Positions 58,616 through 64,000 of a DNA stretch of 64,000 bases are shown in pieces. The notes under the pieces were generated by a model, which saw only the letters and a program-made list of their open reading frames with translations, had not been told where the DNA came from and ran no database searches. This DNA comes from Candidatus Poribacteria bacterium. GTDB taxonomy: Bacteria > Poribacteria > WGA-4E > GCA-2687025. Made by a program: the position numbers and the translations under genes. The stretch's first letter is position 1; every line of letters starts with the position of its first letter. The stretch lies in the NCBI GenBank assembly GCA_963665845.2, contig OY762492.1, positions 2,752,001 through 2,816,000 of the forward strand, read 5' to 3'.

Positions 58616-59041
58616 TCACCCTGCGGCAAGAATTTCAGCGACCGCTTTAAAACCGCGGCGGAACACGTCGTTGGCAATCAGGTCGACCGTCTCCGCTTCG
58701 TCGCCTGTCGCGTCAAAATCCGCCGTCCAGTGAATGACGGAGCCGGCGCCGTTCTCATCCTCATAGACGCTCAAGGTTGCCGTGTAATTTTCAACCGGCA
58801 TGACGCCGCCGGTGATCGCGTAGGTGTAGGTTCGGCGGGAATTGCTGAACTCGTCCAGCCGCTCAATGACATGTCCGCCGTCATGCAGCTCCAGGTCTCG
58901 TATGATGTCGTTGCCGTCCTCAATCGCCTCGCTCTTTGCGACGGCTGGATGCCAGCTCGGCAGGCAATGGTAACCGCCGACGATTCCCCATACCGCGTCC
59001 GCGGGGGCGTCCAGTTTCATGCTTACAGCCACTTTTGCCAT
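58616..59041 (-). CDS. SRPBCC / polyketide-cyclase-dehydrase family protein
   Basis: DAPADAVWGIVGGY..LPSWHPAV, VIERL, YTYAI; GAGGA RBS. Confidence 0.88.
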   Translation of the reverse strand: MAKVAVSMKLDAPADAVWGIVGGYHCLPSWHPAVAKSEAIEDGNDIIRDLELHDGGHVIERLDEFSNSRRTYTYAITGGVMPVENYTATLSVYEDENGAGSVIHWTADFDATGDEAETVDLIANDVFRRGFKAVAEILAAG

Positions 59042-59292
59042 TCGGTTCCTCTCTGTGGATAGGCTCCGTTCCATGCGTGTCGTCTGTTTATGATGGCACA
59101 TTTCGGCTTGCGCCGCAAGGCGCCGATCGCCCCCTGTAAGAAACGCTGCGCCTCCCCATCCTGGCAATCTTTTCAATCCTGAAAATCCTAGTTCAGACGG
59201 ACGCCTTGACCGCCGCCCCCGCTTCTGCAATGCGCAGCGGGATGCGGTAACATACGTTATCAGAGAGGCGTTCCTTAAACGAGAAAGGGCGG

Positions 59293-59823
59293 ATGAGCAT
59301 GGCGCGATACGAAAACGATCCAAACCTCGCCGATGTGAAAACGGAACTCATCGGCAAAATCCACGAAGTGTCGAGCGGCGTAGCGAAAGTCGCCACGGAC
59401 CAGAAGCAGATCTTCAAGTACATTGACAAGACCAGAGCCGACCTCGTTGACCTCATTGACAAGGTCAAAAACGCGATGCTTGTGGAAATTGCGCAACTCG
59501 AAACCAAGGTGGAGTCGCTCGAAGCCGAAATGCTTGCGAGATTTGCGCAACTCGAAGCCGAGATGGCCGAAATGCTTGCGAGAATCGCACAACTCGAGAG
59601 CGAATTCGAGGCGTTCAAAACCGAGATGCGCGCCGAATTCGAGGCGTTCAAAACCGAGATGCGCGCCGAATTCGAGGCGTTCAAAACCGAGATGCGCGCC
59701 GAATTCGCCGCGTTCAAAGGCGAGGTGGTTGAGAGGTTTGACGGGGTTGAAGGCGCGCTTGTCTTGATCGCAGACGCGCTCAACATCGGAGACGCGGTAC
59801 GGACGCAACTAGCGCAACAGTAA
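59293..59823 (+). CDS. Coiled-coil protein with 11-residue repeats
   Basis: EFEAFKTEMRA x3, preceded by AQLE..-type degenerate units. Confidence 0.75.
   Translation: MSMARYENDPNLADVKTELIGKIHEVSSGVAKVATDQKQIFKYIDKTRADLVDLIDKVKNAMLVEIAQLETKVESLEAEMLARFAQLEAEMAEMLARIAQLESEFEAFKTEMRAEFEAFKTEMRAEFEAFKTEMRAEFAAFKGEVVERFDGVEGALVLIADALNIGDAVRTQLAQQ
59602..59700 (+). repeat. In-frame 33-bp perfect tandem repeat x3
   Basis: GAATTCGAGGCGTTCAAAACCGAGATGCGCGCC at 59602, 59635 and 59668. Confidence 0.95.
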
Positions 59824-59895
59824 GCCGCGCCGGAATCCAGAGTTCAGCCAAAGACGGCCAACCCCGCGGAAACCCCCCCCATCCCCCCTTTTCAA

Positions 59896-60920
59896 GGGGC
59901 TATATTCCTAGATAGCCATTTGCTGTCGTTTCTCGCCGCCCTCTCCTTTCAGATCCGCAAAGGTGAGACGCTTGCCGACCATGCGCGGAATCAGTTTGCC
60001 GAGAGTGTCCAGGCTGTTGTCGATGCCAACATTGAAACGATACACGAATTCGCTGACATATAAACCCAGATGTTTAAACGACATGAAATGGTAAACGCCG
60101 CGGTACCCGCGTTTTAACACGGCCCAGAACGACTCGATGCTGTTGGTGTGAACATCGCCGCGAACATACTCGCCTTTCTGATGCTCCACAACCGCATGCG
60201 TGTATTCCAGCATGCCCCTGTAGGTCGGAAGAGCGTCGGTAAAAATGGACGATCCGCGCGCCACATTCGCCCTTACAGCGTCATGCAGCGTTTTCTTTTT
60301 CATATTGTCCAGCAGAAACGCGCGGATCTCGCCGTTCCTTTGACGCATGCCCATCACGGGCTGTTTGCCCCCGGTTCCGCTTCCGACGCGCAGGCGCTTC
60401 TTCTTATGCTTGTTTTTCTCCTGGTTCCGCCGATGTAGGTCTCGTCCATCTCCACGATGCCGCTTAGCATTTCGTCGTCGCTCACCATTGCGGCTCGAAT
60501 GCGGTGGCCTAGGGACCATGCCGTCTTCTGCGTCGTTCCGATCTTTTTTGCCATCTCAACGCTGGAGATGCCCATGCGCGAGGTATGCATCAGGTAAATC
60601 GCTAGGACCCACTTGCGCAGCGCTAACCTGCTCTCCGCCATCAAGGTTTCGGTCCGGACGCTAAAATGCTTGCGGCAGGTTCGGCAGCGAAACGGCATCG
60701 GTTTCGCATTTTGGACGCGCATCGTGTTTTTGGAGCCGCATTTGGGACAGCATCTGCCGTCTGGCCAGCGATGCTGCTCAAAGAACCGCGCGGCTGCTTT
60801 CTCGTTTGGAATCTGCTCGAATAAATCGTAAAGGCTGCTAAACTGCATCGGATCGCTCCTTGTGCCATGACTAGCATGTATACTAGCGCGAAACGCGAGG
60901 TTAGTTAAGTAAATAGCCCC
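59896..60920 (-). mobile_element. IS1595-family insertion sequence, about 1025 bp
   Basis: Imperfect TIRs GGGGCTATATTCCTAGATAGCC / GGGGCTATTTACTTAACTAACC (16 of 22 match); transposase stop lies inside the TIR. Confidence 0.88.
59908..60848 (-). pseudogene. IS1595 (ISXO2-like DDE) transposase, frameshifted near 60423
   Basis: Zn ribbon CPKC...CRTC and VEMDETYIGG in one frame; IFTD, HTNSIESFWAVLKRG and YVSEFVYRFN in the other. Removing 2 nt restores GGKEKNKH. Confidence 0.88.
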
Positions 60921-61120
60921 CTTGAAAAGGGGGGCTAGGGGGGTTTAAAGACGGGCGCGTTGACGTCTGATTCCCCCCTTGAAAGGGGGGCTAGGGGGGT
61001 TTAAAGACGGGCGCGTTGACGTCTGATTCCCCCCTTGAAAAGGGGGGCTAGGGGGGTTTCCACGGGCGCGTTGACGTCTGATTCCCCCTTGAAAAGGGGG
61101 GCTAGGGGGGTTTCCACGGG
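60916..61120. repeat. Tandem array of four units of about 55 bp built on the GC palindrome
   Basis: CCCCCTTGAAAAGGGGGGCTAGGGGGGTTT...CGGGCGCGTTGACGTCTGATT repeated. Confidence 0.92.
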
Positions 61121-61137
61121 CGCCGGTTGCGCTTAGA

Positions 61138-61234
61138 TTTGAACTAAGATGGAAGGATGATGAAGATTGCCAAGAGCGCCGCTCACGGGAATTTTCTTGG
61201 CAATCTTTTCAATCTTGGCAATCCTAGTTCAGAC
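61138..61234. repeat. Inverted repeat made of 9-bp-periodic AATC(C/T)T units; a single arm also occurs at 59161-59198
   Basis: TTGAACTAAGAT...GATTGCCAAG pairs with CTTGGCAATCTTTTCAATCTTGGCAATCCTAGTTCAGAC. Confidence 0.75.
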
Positions 61235-61382
61235 GACAACCGCGGCGGCGATGCCTTAAGATTCCCGCTTACGCGGGAATGACGACCCGCGGGGCAACAG
61301 GAGTCAACCTTTAGGGCGGTTGATACGTTTATATAAGCGGCATACAAGAAACGACGCGCTGCCGAGAGGCAAGAAAGGAATC

Positions 61383-64000
61383 ATGATGAAATCGTACACT
61401 GCAGTTGCGCTTACGGCGTTGACGCTGGTCGGCGCTGCCGCTCCTTCTCAAATAACGCCTGTCGCCACATACGGCGAAGGTCGGTCGTTCGGCGGCAGTT
61501 TTGCCCTGCATGAGATCGTCCTAGGCGACGCAAAGCCGCAGCTGAAGGCGATTCAGGAGGCGGCGCTCGCGGCGTATCATACGCTCATTTCAGAAGCGCC
61601 CGATTCTAAATATCCGAAAACGGCGCCGGTTACGCTCATCACGGCAGGCGCCAATATCGGCGATGTCCAGATCGACCGCGAGAAAACGGCGGAATATCTA
61701 GAAAACGGCGGCATGCTCATCATCGACTGCCGCGATCAGAAGGCAAGTGAAAAGATGCGCGGATGGCTTCAAAGCGTCGTCCCAAACCGCCCGCTCGTCC
61801 GCGTCCAGTTCGACACAGCCGTCGGGGAATGGATACACCATGTGGACAAACGCTTCATCGACTCGCCCCGTCGTCATCACATGACCCAAACCTCCGCAGA
61901 TGTCATTAAGGCGGACGGAAAGATACGCGCGGCGGTCTTCCAGAGCGGCGGGCATGGCTTTATGGCGGAGACGCTGGCTATATCGGCGGCTCTGCGGTCG
62001 CCTCATCGGCGCGTTTTGCCGGCGCCGCCCGTGCAGGTGTCGGCGAAGCGGTCCAAAAACCATCTGATTGTTGAAGCGACGGTTCCTGACGGAACAAAAT
62101 ATGTGAATCGAATGCGCGCCGTCCTGTACGGCGTGGACGGCAAGGAGCTGGCGCGCGGATCAAAGGCGGCAAAACGGGCGGGCGGGTCTTGGACGCTGCG
62201 CCTCAAAGCGTCCATCAAGGACAAGCCGTTTCAACCGAACATGCTCTGGGCGCGCGTGGAGGGAATGGGACCGGCGCCGTATCGCGGCACATTTGCCATG
62301 TCGGAGCTGATCGGATCGATTCGGGCGGAGCTGAAAGGTCAAACGACATGGATCGCCGGCAGTCCGGCGGAGGCGCGCGTCTTCGTGAAAGACAATCAAG
62401 AAAGCCCGTATGAGAACGCGAATGTGTCCGCCGAGGCGTCGCAGAACGGCAAAACGCTTGCGGAAGCGAAGGCGACGACCGGCGCGGACGGATCGGCGCG
62501 TTTGCGGTTTGAGCTGCCGGAAGACGCGCAGGGGGATGTTCAGCTGCGCGTTCTCGTCCGGACAGAGAGGGGGGACGAGGAGCTGACCTCGGAGATGCGC
62601 ATCGAGGCGCGGCAGAAGATCATGTTGACGATGGACAAGCCGACCTATCAGCCGGGTCAACGAATGCGCCTGCGGGCGTTGTCGCTGCGCGCGGGCGACC
62701 TTCAGGCGCAGGGCGGCGGCTCCGTCGTTTTTGAGGTGGAGGATTCGAAGGGGAATAAGGTTTTCAAGCGCGAGGCGGAACGCAACGAGTTCGGCGTCGC
62801 GTCAGCGGAGTTTCAGCTCGCAAGCGAGGTGAACATGGGAACCTACACGGTTCGCGTCATCTCGGACGGTCAGACGGAGGAGAAGTCGGCGTCGGTTGAA
62901 CGGTATGCGCTGCCGAAGTTCAAGGCGAAGCCGACGCTGGAGCGCGCGTACTACCGCCCCGGCGAGACCGTTTCTGGAACGGTGCAGGCGGACTATTTCT
63001 TCGGAAAGCCGGTGTCGGAAGCGACCGTCAAAATCGCCGCCTCCAAGTTCGACACGGGCTGGGACGAGTTTGCAACGTTTGAAGGCAAAACGGACGAATC
63101 GGGCGCATGCGAGTTTGAAATGCAGCTGCCGAAGCTGTTTGCGGGTCTGCCGTTGGAGCAGGGCGACAGCTTCGCCCTCTTTTCGGTGACCGTAACGGAT
63201 GGAGCGGGGCAGTCTGAATCGACATCGGTATCGGCGCCGGTTGTGGAGACGCCGTTGAGCGCCGTTCTTCTGCCCGAAAGCGGGCGGTTGATTCCGAATG
63301 TTGAAAATGAGATTTACGCCGTGATCTCCTACCCTGACGGATCGCCGGCGGAGCGGGTGAAAGCGTCGTTGACTCTCGGCGGCGACACCAAAACGGCGGA
63401 GACCGACAGCATGGGTTCCGCCCTGTTTCGCTTAACGCCAAACGAAGCGGCGGAGGCGCGCCTTGAAGCGAAAGACGCGGCGGGAAACGCCCTTTCAAGA
63501 ACGATCAACCTTGAGACGGAAACGGACGCGCTGCTGCTTCGACCCAATCAAGCGCTTCTCAAGGCGGGCGATCGGCTGGAGATGACCGTCTTTTCGCCGG
63601 ACAAAACGGGCTGGGTTTATGTGGACGCGATACGGGAAGGGCAGACGATCTACGCTACGGCGGCGGAGCTGAAAGGAGGACGCGCCCAGGCGGCGATGCC
63701 GGTCGGCCCGGGCGATTTCGGCTCCTTGACGCTCCACGCCTACCAGACCTTTCCAGACGGACAGATACGCCGCGACACCCGCCGCGTCTTTGCGTCCCCG
63801 GCGGACGACCTGACGATCGAGATTCGCCCTGATCAGAACGTCTATCTGCCGGGCGAGGAGGCGCAGATCGATTTTCAGGTCAAGAACCGAGAAGGCAGCC
63901 CCGTCTTCGCCGCGCTGGGCGTTCAGATGGTGGACGAGGCGGTGTTCGCGCGGGTGGAGGCGCAGCCGGGGTTTGAGCGGGTCTTCTTTTTACTGGAAAA
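61383..64000 (+). CDS. Alpha-2-macroglobulin family (MG2-domain) secreted protein; 3' end runs off the window
   Basis: Hand-translated in parts; absent from the ORF track. AAGGA RBS, signal peptide MMKSYTAVALTALTLVGAAA; in-frame LTMDKPTYQPGQ, VERYALPKF, ADYFFGKPV, VYLPGEEA, VQMVDEAVFA. Confidence 0.88.
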   Translation, partial: MMKSYTAVALTALTLVGAAAPSQITPVATYGEGRSFGGSFALHEIVLGDAKPQLKAIQEAALAAYHTLISEAPDSKYPKTAPVTLITAGANIGDVQIDREKTAEYLENGGMLIIDCRDQKASEKMRGWLQSVVPNRPLVRVQFDTAVGEWIHHVDKRFIDSPRRHHMTQTSADVIKADGKIRAAVFQSGGHGFMAETLAISAALRSPHRRVLPAPPVQVSAKRSKNHLIVEATVPDGTKYVNRMRAVLYGVDGKELARGSKAAKRAGGSWTLRLKASIKDKPFQPNMLWARVEGMGPAPYRGTFAMSELIGSIRAELKGQTTWIAGSPAEARVFVKDNQESPYENANVSAEASQNGKTLAEAKATTGADGSARLRFELPEDAQGDVQLRVLVRTERGDEELTSEMRIEARQKIMLTMDKPTYQPGQRMRLRALSLRAGDLQAQGGGSVVFEVEDSKGNKVFKREAERNEFGVASAEFQLASEVNMGTYTVRVISDGQTEEKSASVERYALPKFKAKPTLERAYYRPGETVSGTVQADYFFGKPVSEATVKIAASKFDTGWDEFATFEGKTDESGACEFEMQLPKLFAGLPLEQGDSFALFSVTVTDGAGQSESTSVSAPVVETPLSAVLLPESGRLIPNVENEIYAVISYPDGSPAERVKASLTLGGDTKTAETDSMGSALFRLTPNEAAEARLEAKDAAGNALSRTINLETETDALLLRPNQALLKAGDRLEMTVFSPDKTGWVYVDAIREGQTIYATAAELKGGRAQAAMPVGPGDFGSLTLHAYQTFPDGQIRRDTRRVFASPADDLTIEIRPDQNVYLPGEEAQIDFQVKNREGSPVFAALGVQMVDEAVFARVEAQPGFERVFFLLE

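Noticed and set aside
60400-60440. Programmed ribosomal frameshift in the IS1595 transposase
   Set aside because: IS1595 transposases are normally single ORFs, and a 2-nt insertion after DETYIGG explains the break (mutation or sequencing error).
60916-61120. Possible CRISPR array (also 6683-6838 and 55586-55648)
   Set aside because: The sequences between the palindromes are identical or nearly so, so there are no unique spacers, and no cas genes are in the window.

Overview
A GC-rich bacterial chromosomal window, probably from Candidatus Poribacteria or a similar host-associated lineage. That assignment is inferred from the TPR/WD40/FG-GAP/PhyH content and a C-terminal LLTQWGKVK motif. Housekeeping genes (dprA, rdgB, rph, guaA, citrate synthase, trxA, pheT, acs, miaB, smpB) are mixed with secreted or surface proteins: an S8 protease with FG-GAP repeats, an Omp85-type protein, an M60 peptidase, a GH29 fucosidase and an alpha-2-macroglobulin. 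The two largest ORFs (1..4075 on -, 61383..64000 on +) run off the window edges and are missing from the supplied track. Nearly every intergenic gap holds a mosaic of at least four repeat families: dRS3-like ATTCCC-N8-GGGAAT palindromes, CCCCCTTGAAAAGGGGG palindromes, MITE-like elements with CTGACCTCA/TGAGGTCAG ends, and AATCC-type repeats. The strongest novelty candidate is a pair of paralogous TPR proteins ending in an antitoxin-like tail. One is coupled to an intact RelE/ParE-like toxin; the other is followed only by a 3' remnant of a deleted toxin. Other leads are an ABC-type ATPase plus PD-(D/E)XK-like pair, an FRG-TPR plus methylase-nuclease islet, a two-TlpA/Cys-tail lipoprotein/beta-barrel redox module, two small ORFs with strong promoters and RBSs, and a frameshifted IS1595 with inverted flanks. 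All calls were made by eye, without database searches.
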